Assembly (NCBI GenBank): GCA_015067825.1
Contig: SVLQ01000010.1
Coordinates: 32,750 to 96,749 of the forward strand
Origin: Oscillospiraceae bacterium
GTDB lineage: Bacteria; Bacillota; Clostridia; Oscillospirales; QAMX01
Direction of reading: 5' to 3'
Length of the DNA: 64,000 nt
The position numbers and the translations under genes were made by a program. This document shows, one piece after another, positions 55,598-64,000 of the stretch. The notes under the pieces are model-generated. The model was given only the letters and a program-made list of their open reading frames with translations. It ran no database searches and was not told the DNA's origin. Position 1 is the stretch's first letter. Each line of letters begins with the position of its first letter.

Positions 55598-56421
55598 TTC
55601 CCGTCCTCCCCTCTTCCTGTTTCGACCGTTTGGCGGATGCTCCAGCCGTTTTTTGCAAGGCGCTCCTCCGCTTCGGCCTCGTCGCAGCTAAGGATCGCAC
55701 AGACGATGCCGACAACGCGGCGGCGGAGTTTTCGGTTAGAGGGGGCGAGGTTGATCATCATATTTTCGTAGACCTTGCCGGTTTTGACCATCGCACAGGT
55801 GCTCAGCGTATTGAGCACGATCTTCTGCGCCGTACCCGCCTTCAGGCGCGTCGAGCCCGTGAGGATCTCGGCGCCCGTATCGGTAAAGATCGGGATATCG
55901 GCGGCATTTAAAACAGGCGTGTCGGGATTGCTCGCAAGCCCGACCGTCACGCAGCCGCGCCGACGTGCTTCCTCCAGTGCACCGACCACAAATGCGGCGC
56001 CGCCCGCCGCCGAAATGCCGACGACCACGTCGCCGTTGGCCGCATCGGCTTCGCAAATTGCCGCAACGCCCATCTCGAGGCTGTCCTCCGCGTTTTCACC
56101 GGCGCGGAACATCCGCTCTTTTCCGCCGGCAATGATCCCCGAGACCTGCTCCGGGGAAACACCGAACGTCGGCGGACACTCGGTGGCATCCAAAACACCG
56201 AGCCGGCCCGACGTACCCGCGCCGACATAGAGCAGACGATGGCCGTTTGCAAGCGCCAGCGCGATCACATCGATCGCCGCGGAGATCGTGCTCACCGCGT
56301 TTTCGGCGGCGCGGACGGCATCGTAGTTGGCAGAGATCACCAGCCGCGCCATTTCTTCGGTACTCATACGGTCAAGATGCGTGCTGGCGGGATTTCGCTG
56401 TTCGGTTTTGAGTTGTTTCAT
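55591..56421 (-). CDS. murQ: N-acetylmuramic acid 6-phosphate etherase
   Basis: TEQRN, GAGTSGRLGVLDATECPPTF, GSTRLKAGTAQK and GKVYENMM motifs. Confidence 0.95.
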   Translation of the reverse strand: MKQLKTEQRNPASTHLDRMSTEEMARLVISANYDAVRAAENAVSTISAAIDVIALALANGHRLLYVGAGTSGRLGVLDATECPPTFGVSPEQVSGIIAGGKERMFRAGENAEDSLEMGVAAICEADAANGDVVVGISAAGGAAFVVGALEEARRRGCVTVGLASNPDTPVLNAADIPIFTDTGAEILTGSTRLKAGTAQKIVLNTLSTCAMVKTGKVYENMMINLAPSNRKLRRRVVGIVCAILSCDEAEAEERLAKNGWSIRQTVETGRGEDGKC

Positions 56422-57560
56422 GCCGTTTCGCCTCCGTAAGTATTCCAAAAAGTTTCGCCAAACGTCTCCGCGATCGCCTTCCCCGCCAGTCGCACGCTTT
56501 GGCGGCACGCGCCGAATACCGGCGGATACGGGCTGACAGTCACCTTTACGTCGGTATATTGCCCGATCAGCGGCAGATAGACGTCGGCACAGTGGGAAAA
56601 CAAGCCGCCGCCGGCGATCGCCTTTTTGCGTACGCCGCAGAGCCGCACGCCGTCGGAAAGGAGTTCGCCGATGCGGGCCGCACTTTTTTCGAGGATCGCA
56701 CGCGCCGTTTTGTCGCCGCTGCGGAAGGCCTCAAACACCAGCGGCGCAAGTGCGGCGATGAACGGCTTGCCGCCGTCGTAAAGTTTGGGGATCACGGAAA
56801 AGAGATCGTCGGTCTCCAGCCGGCGGTAAAGGAGCTCGCCGAGGCTGCCGCACGGCTCCCGCCGATCTTCTGCCGAAAGCACTGCCGCAACGGCGTCGCG
56901 CCCGATGTCGTAGGAGCTGCCGGCCGAATCGAACAGGTATCCCCAGCCGCCGAGCCGCACGCTCGTTTCGCCTTGGCGGACGAACACGACCGAACCCGTA
57001 CCGCAAACGACGGCAAGATCCGCCTCGTCATCCATCCCGAAGAGATTGGCCGAATCCGTCCGCACCTGCAGGCGGAGCGAGGGATACTTCTCGCGCAGCA
57101 GCTCGGCCATTTGCCCGCTGCGGTTGCCGGCGGAAATGCCCGCAAGACCGCAAAACGCGCTCACGACCCCCGGACAGCGCACCAAAGCATCACGGATCCC
57201 CTCGGAAACGACCGCGAACGCGGCCTCAAACCCGATATCGTTGGGATTGCTCGTCCCGCGGACAAAGCGGTCGCGGACACGGCCGTCGACAGACGCGACC
57301 ACAAATTCCGTTTTGGTGCCGCCGCCGTCTACGCCCAGACAAAGCGGTTCATCGCCAGTGCGAAGCAGCTCGTCGACCAAAACGCCGAACTGCGCGGCAA
57401 TGCGAATCAAGGTTTCCAGTTCCGGCGGGGCAATCCCGCGTTCCCAGTTCGAGACCGCCTGAAAACTCACGCCCAGCATTTCGGCAAAGGCGGTTTGGGT
57501 CAGACCGCGTTTCCGCCGCAGTTCCCGGATCCTCCCGCCCAGTATCTTCAAGTCCAGCAT
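56418..57560 (-). CDS. XRE-family HTH fused to BadF/MurK-like amino-sugar kinase
   Basis: LTQ..FAE.LGVS.QAVSNWERG...P followed by GVDGGGTKT, GTGS and GGWGYLF. Confidence 0.88.
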   Translation of the reverse strand: MLDLKILGGRIRELRRKRGLTQTAFAEMLGVSFQAVSNWERGIAPPELETLIRIAAQFGVLVDELLRTGDEPLCLGVDGGGTKTEFVVASVDGRVRDRFVRGTSNPNDIGFEAAFAVVSEGIRDALVRCPGVVSAFCGLAGISAGNRSGQMAELLREKYPSLRLQVRTDSANLFGMDDEADLAVVCGTGSVVFVRQGETSVRLGGWGYLFDSAGSSYDIGRDAVAAVLSAEDRREPCGSLGELLYRRLETDDLFSVIPKLYDGGKPFIAALAPLVFEAFRSGDKTARAILEKSAARIGELLSDGVRLCGVRKKAIAGGGLFSHCADVYLPLIGQYTDVKVTVSPYPPVFGACRQSVRLAGKAIAETFGETFWNTYGGETA

Positions 57561-57592
57561 CGCTGTCCCTCCAATCGTTTGTCAGCACCTTG

Positions 57593-57642
57593 ATTATAAC
57601 CATTATAAATAGAAAAATCAAGCAACAAGTGCTTGATTTTTC
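57593..57642 (-). promoter_or_regulatory. SigA promoter overlapped by a 13-bp-arm inverted repeat
   Basis: TTGATT(57621-57616)-17 bp-TATAAT; gaaaaatcaagca-N5-tgcttgatttttc at 57612-57642. Confidence 0.7.
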
Positions 57643-57671
57643 CGGATGATTCTATTATTGTTTGAATTTTA

Positions 57672-58853
57672 TCAAAGCGCAATCAGATCGCAGATCTCCT
57701 GCGGCGAAGCGCAGCCCAAACGTTTGAGCAGGCGCGAAGCGTAGCGGTCGAACGCGGTGTGGTCGACCAGACGGAACGCGGCGGCCATACCGTCGATCAG
57801 CCCATCGGCATCCTTGCGGTCGGCCATATCACCAAGGGCGAGGAAGCGCAGGATCGCGTAGACCGCGCACAGCGCGACGAATTCCTCGTGCATGCTCTCC
57901 GGGCGATCCTGGAACGGAAACTGCGCAAAAAACATATGGTTGACGAGCATATGTTCGAAAAAGGTCTCCCATTGCGGAAACACCGCCGAAAAATGCGCGT
58001 TTGCCGCCTCATAGCGGGCGATATCGCCGCCCTTGCCGCCGTGGAAATAGGCAAGCGCCGCTTCGCCGCAATCGCGGATGCTTTGGCTGCCCTCGTCTAA
58101 AATTTCCATCATCTGCTCGATGATCTGCAAGCCAAATTGCAAATGCTCCGCGCCGACCTCCGGTTCCGCCAGCTTCGGGCAAAGCTCTGCCGGATCTTCG
58201 GCGAGAATTTGCTCGAGGAGGGCTTGATCCCGATTTTTGAGCGCGCAGTCCAGCCGGTCCATCAGCCCGCCAAGACAGATAAGACGCTGCGGCAGAGGCA
58301 GACGGCGATTTTGGACGATGGCGATCAAGTGCAGACGGATCTTCTGCGCGAGCCCCAGCGTTTCAAAAAACGATTGGCGCTGCGGCAGAGGCGGCAGCTG
58401 CATGGTCAGATCGCGTTCGACAAAGGTGATCGGTTCGGCCCGGTCGAAAAACAGCTCCAAAACGGCCTCGCAGCTATTGGCACACGAGCACTCGAAACGG
58501 CCGTCTTCTGCGCGCACACCGCGCGGATACAGGCGGCAAACATGCGGCAAAACGTCCTCGCCCAGCTCGGCGTGGAGCGCACAGCGGCCGTCGGGCAGCC
58601 GCATGGGGCAGTTGCCGTCGTAGCGCGGTTCAAAGCGGGCGTACGCCTCTTTCGTCGGGTTGTCGACGACGTGTATGCCGCAGTCGAGCCGGGAGCGAAG
58701 CTCCGGGGCACAGTCGAGACCGAGCAAAGAAAAATAATCGGCCATCGAGACCGAGACCGGCCAGCCCTCGCAGCACGCCGCGCGGCAGGCTCCCATCTTG
58801 CAGGCAAATTGCGGAAAATAATCGGGGATCAAAAAGCGATGCGTTTCTTTCAT
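57672..58853 (-). CDS. FliB-family (flagellin lysine N-methylase-like) Cys-cluster protein
   Basis: PDYFPQFAC...C...CC.GW, CP....G.C..H..LG.....VC..YPR. Confidence 0.8.
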   Translation of the reverse strand: MKETHRFLIPDYFPQFACKMGACRAACCEGWPVSVSMADYFSLLGLDCAPELRSRLDCGIHVVDNPTKEAYARFEPRYDGNCPMRLPDGRCALHAELGEDVLPHVCRLYPRGVRAEDGRFECSCANSCEAVLELFFDRAEPITFVERDLTMQLPPLPQRQSFFETLGLAQKIRLHLIAIVQNRRLPLPQRLICLGGLMDRLDCALKNRDQALLEQILAEDPAELCPKLAEPEVGAEHLQFGLQIIEQMMEILDEGSQSIRDCGEAALAYFHGGKGGDIARYEAANAHFSAVFPQWETFFEHMLVNHMFFAQFPFQDRPESMHEEFVALCAVYAILRFLALGDMADRKDADGLIDGMAAAFRLVDHTAFDRYASRLLKRLGCASPQEICDLIAL

Positions 58854-58972
58854 GAAATTGTCAGCGACCTTTTTTGCGCGTTGTGCGCAGATTTTCGCCG
58901 GGATCTCCTCGGTCCTCCAAACTACCGTAGGTTCCGGAGCTTCCCGGCAAAGCCCCTCGAAAACAAGAATAT

Positions 58973-59001
58973 ATTATAATTTCTGCGCGGAGATTTGTCA
59001 A
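58973..59001 (-). promoter_or_regulatory. Consensus SigA promoter
   Basis: TTGACA-17 bp-TATAAT. Confidence 0.8.
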
Positions 59002-59060
59002 TTTTCATTTTACACAAAAAATTTATACATTTTGCGTCGTTCGTTTTTTTCAGATATATC

Positions 59061-59088
59061 TTGACAACGATCCGAACTCTGTTATAAT
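59061..59088 (+). promoter_or_regulatory. SigA promoter
   Basis: TTGACA-16 bp-TATAAT with extended TG. Confidence 0.75.
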
Positions 59089-59124
59089 AGTTTTTGCACA
59101 AAAAACAAATTTCGGAGGGTTTTT

Positions 59125-60387
59125 ATGGTCAACGTCAACGATTATCTCCACGGTTCCGACAACGAAGCCTTTGAACAGGCGATCGCCGCACGTGGCCGCG
59201 ACGGCATCGTGCTTGTTCCGCCGCGCGAAAATCCGGACGGCCGCACGCATTGGCTTCTCGACCGCGCGATCCTGCTGCCGGCCAACACCACCGTCATTCT
59301 GCAAAACGCCGCGCTCAAGCTCTCCGACCGCTGCCGCGACAACTTTTTCCGCTCGGCCAACTGCGGTATTGGCATCGAGTTCCCCGAGCGCATGGAAAAT
59401 ATCCACATCCGCGGCGAGGGCTTCTGCCTGCTCGCCGGCGCGGATCACCCGCGCGCAAGCGGTGACGGCTCGAAGCTGCTGCACGTTCCCTGCCCGCATA
59501 TGCCCGAGGACATCTGCCGCTATGCCGACTGGGTTCCCGAAGAGCGCCGCAGCCCCGACAAGCTCGATTTTTGGGATATCCACGACCACTCCTACGGCAC
59601 CGACGCCGGCAACCCCGGCCAGTCGCAGTACGGCGACTGGCGCGGAATCGGCATTCTGCTCGCCAACGTCGAAAACTTTTCGGTTTCCAACCTGCGGATC
59701 AAGGAATCGCACGGGTGGGGCATCTCGCTCGAGGCCTGCGCAAACGGCCGCGTGGAAAAGATCGACTTTGCCGCCACGATGTACAAAGAGATCGACGGTA
59801 TGCGCATGAACATGGAAAACCAGGACGGCATCGACGTCCGCAACGGCTGCCACCATATCATCATTTCCGACATCACCGGCTATACCGGCGACGATGTGAT
59901 CGCCCTGACCGCCATCGCAAATCCCAATTACCTGCCCGGCGGATCGATGCGGACAACGCACGTCATGCACAACGACTGGACTAAGCGCGAAAAAGACATC
60001 CACGATATCATCATCCGAAACGTCATCGCCCACTCCTATCTCTGCTTCACCATCCGCCTGCTGCCGGCGCTGACGAAGATCTACAACGTCGTGATCGACG
60101 GCGTGATCGATACTGCGCCCGTCCCCGAAGCCACCGGCGGCACGCTTCTGCTCGGCGACGGCGGCGGTTACGGAGAAAACGAGCGCGACAGCATGCGCAA
60201 CGTCACCATTTCCAACGTCGTCTGCCACTCCAGCCGCGCCGTGATCGTTGACGGCTACCTGACCGACTCCGTGATCACAAACGTCGTCAACCGAAATCCG
60301 AAATGCCCGGTTTTGTCGGTCGGCCGCCCCGACGGCCTCAAAAACGTGGCCACCGCCAACCTCGTCACCTGCGGAGAAAACGCATGA
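59125..60387 (+). CDS. GH28-like pectin-lyase-fold glycoside hydrolase (no signal peptide)
   Basis: NQDGID and TGDDVIAL motifs; beta-helix repeats. Confidence 0.75.
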   Translation: MVNVNDYLHGSDNEAFEQAIAARGRDGIVLVPPRENPDGRTHWLLDRAILLPANTTVILQNAALKLSDRCRDNFFRSANCGIGIEFPERMENIHIRGEGFCLLAGADHPRASGDGSKLLHVPCPHMPEDICRYADWVPEERRSPDKLDFWDIHDHSYGTDAGNPGQSQYGDWRGIGILLANVENFSVSNLRIKESHGWGISLEACANGRVEKIDFAATMYKEIDGMRMNMENQDGIDVRNGCHHIIISDITGYTGDDVIALTAIANPNYLPGGSMRTTHVMHNDWTKREKDIHDIIIRNVIAHSYLCFTIRLLPALTKIYNVVIDGVIDTAPVPEATGGTLLLGDGGGYGENERDSMRNVTISNVVCHSSRAVIVDGYLTDSVITNVVNRNPKCPVLSVGRPDGLKNVATANLVTCGENA

Positions 60388-60423
60388 CCATCGATTTTTC
60401 AATTTCGTCATATCTTGGCATAT

Positions 60424-60462
60424 AAAAAAACGGAACGGCGGAGTCAAGCCGTTCCGTTTTTT
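60424..60462. terminator. Bidirectional terminator
   Basis: aaaaaacggaacggc...gccgttccgtttttt. Confidence 0.85.
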
Positions 60463-60474
60463 GCGTGTTTTCCT

Positions 60475-62352
60475 TTATGCCGTATAATACTGTGCTTGGG
60501 CGTTCCACAGTTCGTAGTATTTACCGTTGGTATCGGCAACGAGCGAAGCGTGAGAGCCTTGCTGAATGACCGCACCCTCGTGGAACACGGCAATCTCGTC
60601 ACAGAACTTACAAGAGGACAGACGATGGGAGATATAGATTGCGGTCTTGTCGCCTGCGATCTCGTCAAACTTTCCGTAGATCTCGGCTTCGGCAATCGGG
60701 TCGAGAGCTGCCGTAGGCTCGTCGAGGATAATAAACGGAGCATCTTTGTAGAGCGCACGGGCAATAGCGATCTTCTGCGCTTCACCGCCGGACACGTCAA
60801 CACCGTTTTCGCTGTCATAGTCCTTATAAAGATAGGTGTCTGTGCCGTTTTTCATTTCGGCAAGACGATCGGAGAAGCCCGCCTTTTCAAGACAGTCAAC
60901 GACCAGTCCCTTATCGTAATCAATCTTACCGGCTACATTCTCACCGAGCTTCAAGCTGAGTAACTTGAAGTCCTGGAATACCACGGAGAAGATGTCCATG
61001 TATTCACGATAGTTGTACTTGCGAATATCAATGCCGTTGAGCAGGATTTCACCCTCGGTAGGATCATACAAGCGGCACAGCAGTTTGATAAACGTGGTTT
61101 TGCCCGAACCGTTCATGCCGACAACCGCCAGACGTTTGCCGATCTCAAATTTCATGTTGACATTACGGAGAGCATAGTTGTCGCTGCCGGGATATTTGAA
61201 CGACACATTGCGGAACTCAACTTGATATTTTCTGTCCCGGCGCTTCTCAACGGTAAGACTTCCTTGGTACATATTGTTGGGAATATCAAGATAGTCAAAA
61301 GTCAGTTCAATGAATGGCGTGTTGTTACGCATAAGACCAAATCCGGATACAAGGCTTGACATACCACCCGACACTTTAGTGACAGCAGCAACATACTGTG
61401 TTACAGAGCCAAGCCCAAATGCTCCTGCCAATGCTTTGAGGCATACGAAGGCGTAAACAATACCTGTAAAGATCACGGAAACCGCTGCGGAAGCTGCACC
61501 GTACAATCCCATCGGTCCCCAAGCATAGTGAGCGAACAAGCCGTTAGAAGCGAAGGTATCCTCTTTGTTGCGGTTGTATCGGTCGCATATCATATCTTGA
61601 CGGTACATTCTGACATCGGTTGCAAGAACGCGAATATGTCCAAGTACACCAAAGAAATTGAACAAGCGATTGCCGAGATTGTGGTCATCTGCGTGTTTGG
61701 CATAATAGCTGCCCGCCTTATTACTGAGCATAGGGGCAATAAAGGTAATTGCTAACATAATGATGATAACACCGAGAACTACCCAGGGGTTATTCAGTAT
61801 AGCCAAAGAACCTGCGTTAGCCGGAACTTTAATCACAAACAGCGAAACCGTAAGTGCCAGACCGCCAAGCAGAGTGAAAACAGAGGAGCAAAGTTCTCCG
61901 CAACATTCAAGAACTCTGGCAAGACCCCAACCACCGCCGTTAAAGCTCTGTCGGATGGATGACAGCATTTCGGCAGTATGCGTATCATCAAGATTAACGT
62001 AATCGGTATCAAGCATTTTTTCGGAAACGATATGCTCGATCTTCAACCACTCACCCGTGCTTTGCGTGTTCTTCCACTTGTTGAGAAGTGCCGTACCCAA
62101 AGCTATCACTGCAGCAGAAACAAGTGTGATGATAACGAGCATTTGTAGCCGCTGTACATCCCTGTTTCCCACAAGCTCGTCGATTACAAGTGCGGAGAGG
62201 AAAATGCCAACATAGGGCGTGAGAGCGTTCCAAACAACGCTTAGTAAATGAGAAAGAACCATTTGCGGATAGTGCTCATACAGGAGCTTAAATGCTCGAT
62301 TGTTCGCCCGAAAGGCTCTGCTCAAAGTTACTTTGCTTTCAGTTTTCTTCAT
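60475..62352 (-). CDS. ABC exporter, fused TMD-NBD subunit
   Basis: GMNGSGKTT, VSGGEAQK, LDEPTAALD and ISHRL motifs. Confidence 0.93.
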   Translation of the reverse strand: MKKTESKVTLSRAFRANNRAFKLLYEHYPQMVLSHLLSVVWNALTPYVGIFLSALVIDELVGNRDVQRLQMLVIITLVSAAVIALGTALLNKWKNTQSTGEWLKIEHIVSEKMLDTDYVNLDDTHTAEMLSSIRQSFNGGGWGLARVLECCGELCSSVFTLLGGLALTVSLFVIKVPANAGSLAILNNPWVVLGVIIIMLAITFIAPMLSNKAGSYYAKHADDHNLGNRLFNFFGVLGHIRVLATDVRMYRQDMICDRYNRNKEDTFASNGLFAHYAWGPMGLYGAASAAVSVIFTGIVYAFVCLKALAGAFGLGSVTQYVAAVTKVSGGMSSLVSGFGLMRNNTPFIELTFDYLDIPNNMYQGSLTVEKRRDRKYQVEFRNVSFKYPGSDNYALRNVNMKFEIGKRLAVVGMNGSGKTTFIKLLCRLYDPTEGEILLNGIDIRKYNYREYMDIFSVVFQDFKLLSLKLGENVAGKIDYDKGLVVDCLEKAGFSDRLAEMKNGTDTYLYKDYDSENGVDVSGGEAQKIAIARALYKDAPFIILDEPTAALDPIAEAEIYGKFDEIAGDKTAIYISHRLSSCKFCDEIAVFHEGAVIQQGSHASLVADTNGKYYELWNAQAQYYTA

Positions 62353-64000
62353 TTTCGTCCTCTCCTTCCTTGTAGTATTTACTCTGAACTTCATAAAGCT
62401 CTGCGTATTTACCGCCAGCCTTCAAGAGTTCATCGTGTGTTCCTTCTTCACCGATGCCTCCGTCTGCGATCATAATAATGCGGTCGCAGAAGCGTGTGGA
62501 TGCAAGACGGTGAGAAATGTAGATAGAGGATTTACCGCTTGTCATTTCATTGTACTTCTGATACATTTCTGACTCAGCGATAGGATCAAGTGCTGCCGTA
62601 GGCTCGTCAAGGACAATGAAGGGAGCGTTTTTATAAAGCGCACGGGCAAGCATAAGACGCTGTGTTTCACCGCCCGAAAGGAGCATAGCATCTTCAAAGA
62701 CTTCTCGGTTCAAATAGGTTTCGTATCCATCTTTCAAGGATTCGATTTTCTTGCGTAGCCCAGCTTTTTCAACACAGTCTACAACACGATCCATATCAAT
62801 GCCAACGCTGTCCTGTGCCACGTTGGTTGCAATCGTACCGGCAAGAAGTGAGAACTCCTGGAACACAGCCGAGAACATCTTATAGTAGTCTCTGCGGTTA
62901 TAATCTCTGATGTCCTTGCCGTCAAGGAGAATGCGTCCCTCAGTAGGATCGAGGAAACCGCAGATCAGCTTGATAAGTGTTGTTTTACCGGCACCATTCA
63001 GACCAACCACCGCTAACTTTTCACCGGGACGGAGTGTGAGATTGATGTTTGTGAGCGTATCCTTATCAGCACCGGGATAGCGATAGGACACATTTTCAAG
63101 TTTGATCTCGTAAAGTCTGTTTGCTTCTGCTTCAATCGGTTCGCCATCCTCAAACTTAAACGGTTCGGGATATTCAAGACATTCACGGACAGAGGAAAGA
63201 TCAAGGGATTGTGTATGGAGCGTATTAAAACCGCCGAGAATACCCGATACCCAAGCGGTAAAGCCGCCTACGGCGCTGAAGAAAAGTAGGAACTCCGATA
63301 CACTGAGACCGTTGTCGATTACAAGTCCGATCAAGTAAGCATAAGCAATCGCATTGCGTAGGAAAGCAAGTATAAGGTCAACAATTTTTGCCCAAATGTA
63401 AACGCCCTGCGCTTTATTTTGAAATGCTGTGTACGCTGCCATACCTTTCGCATACAGCTCGTCAAGCCAAGGGCGCAAGCCGAAAATACGAATATCCTTG
63501 GCAACCGTTAAATCACTTAAACGACGGTCAAGATAGTAGATATGTGTTACGTATTCGGATTCTTCCTCACGGTGACGGTATCCCCATTCATTGAGATAGT
63601 TGCTTACAAAATACGAAACAATCGTTGTTGTAAGTATAGCCACGAGCAAAAGCGGCTGAATTTGGGTCATAAGAACAACATAGAAAACAAATCCAATGAT
63701 GTTGGTTGTCAAATCCGTGAACGTAGTCCAGATGGCTTCGGTTGCTGCTCGGTTTGATTTTGTGGATTCCTGCGACTTTATTTCCAATTTCTCGAACTTT
63801 TCATCGTAAACGTTCGGATAAGAGGTTGTTGCCGCTTTATTGTTAAGAAGTGTAATGATCTCGCAACGCACGCTGATTCTTCCGTACAGAGTATTCTTGT
63901 TTACATACGAAGAAGCCGCCGAAACAAGCATCAAAGCTACGACGAATACGACTATCGTCACGATCAGTTCCGTAACAGATGCTTTCCTTTCCACCACAGA
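62339..64000 (-). CDS. ABC exporter, fused TMD-NBD subunit (5' end outside window)
   Basis: GLNGAGKTT, LSGGETQR and LDEPTAALD motifs. Confidence 0.92.
   Translation of the reverse strand, partial: SVVERKASVTELIVTIVVFVVALMLVSAASSYVNKNTLYGRISVRCEIITLLNNKAATTSYPNVYDEKFEKLEIKSQESTKSNRAATEAIWTTFTDLTTNIIGFVFYVVLMTQIQPLLLVAILTTTIVSYFVSNYLNEWGYRHREEESEYVTHIYYLDRRLSDLTVAKDIRIFGLRPWLDELYAKGMAAYTAFQNKAQGVYIWAKIVDLILAFLRNAIAYAYLIGLVIDNGLSVSEFLLFFSAVGGFTAWVSGILGGFNTLHTQSLDLSSVRECLEYPEPFKFEDGEPIEAEANRLYEIKLENVSYRYPGADKDTLTNINLTLRPGEKLAVVGLNGAGKTTLIKLICGFLDPTEGRILLDGKDIRDYNRRDYYKMFSAVFQEFSLLAGTIATNVAQDSVGIDMDRVVDCVEKAGLRKKIESLKDGYETYLNREVFEDAMLLSGGETQRLMLARALYKNAPFIVLDEPTAALDPIAESEMYQKYNEMTSGKSSIYISHRLASTRFCDRIIMIADGGIGEEGTHDELLKAGGKYAELYEVQSKYYKEGEDENEEN

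Overview
High-GC chromosomal segment of a spore-forming Clostridia (Oscillospiraceae/Ruminococcaceae-like) bacterium; the taxon is inferred from the spoVA genes, SigA/SigG promoters, T-box and L20 leader. The core backbone is uvrA (partial), L20 leader-infC-rpmI-rplT, comEC-holA, nif3-like, DUF1292-6S RNA-csaB, spoVAC/AD/AE, rnpB and murQ. It is interleaved with accessory genes: tandem paralog pairs, uncharacterised lipoproteins and glycoside-hydrolase-like proteins, and a lower-GC ABC exporter pair at the right edge. Five observations stand out. (1) A DUF559 Vsr-like endonuclease gene is followed immediately by a ~760-bp array of seven double-hairpin palindromic units in two inverted, covarying forms, resembling a REP/BIME-plus-nuclease module. 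(2) The spoVA operon is split by three genes, with a duplicated SigG promoter fused to an alternative spoVAC 3' end that may drive spoVAD-AE antisense through two genes. (3) A D,D-carboxypeptidase homologue has lost both its SxxK and KTG motifs. (4) A Leu(CUC) T-box controls an acyl-CoA ligase. (5) An XRE-HTH/MurK-like kinase fusion heads a murQ operon. No CRISPR array, tRNA, rRNA, transposase or integrase was seen. All family calls come from motif recognition by eye, not from database searches.
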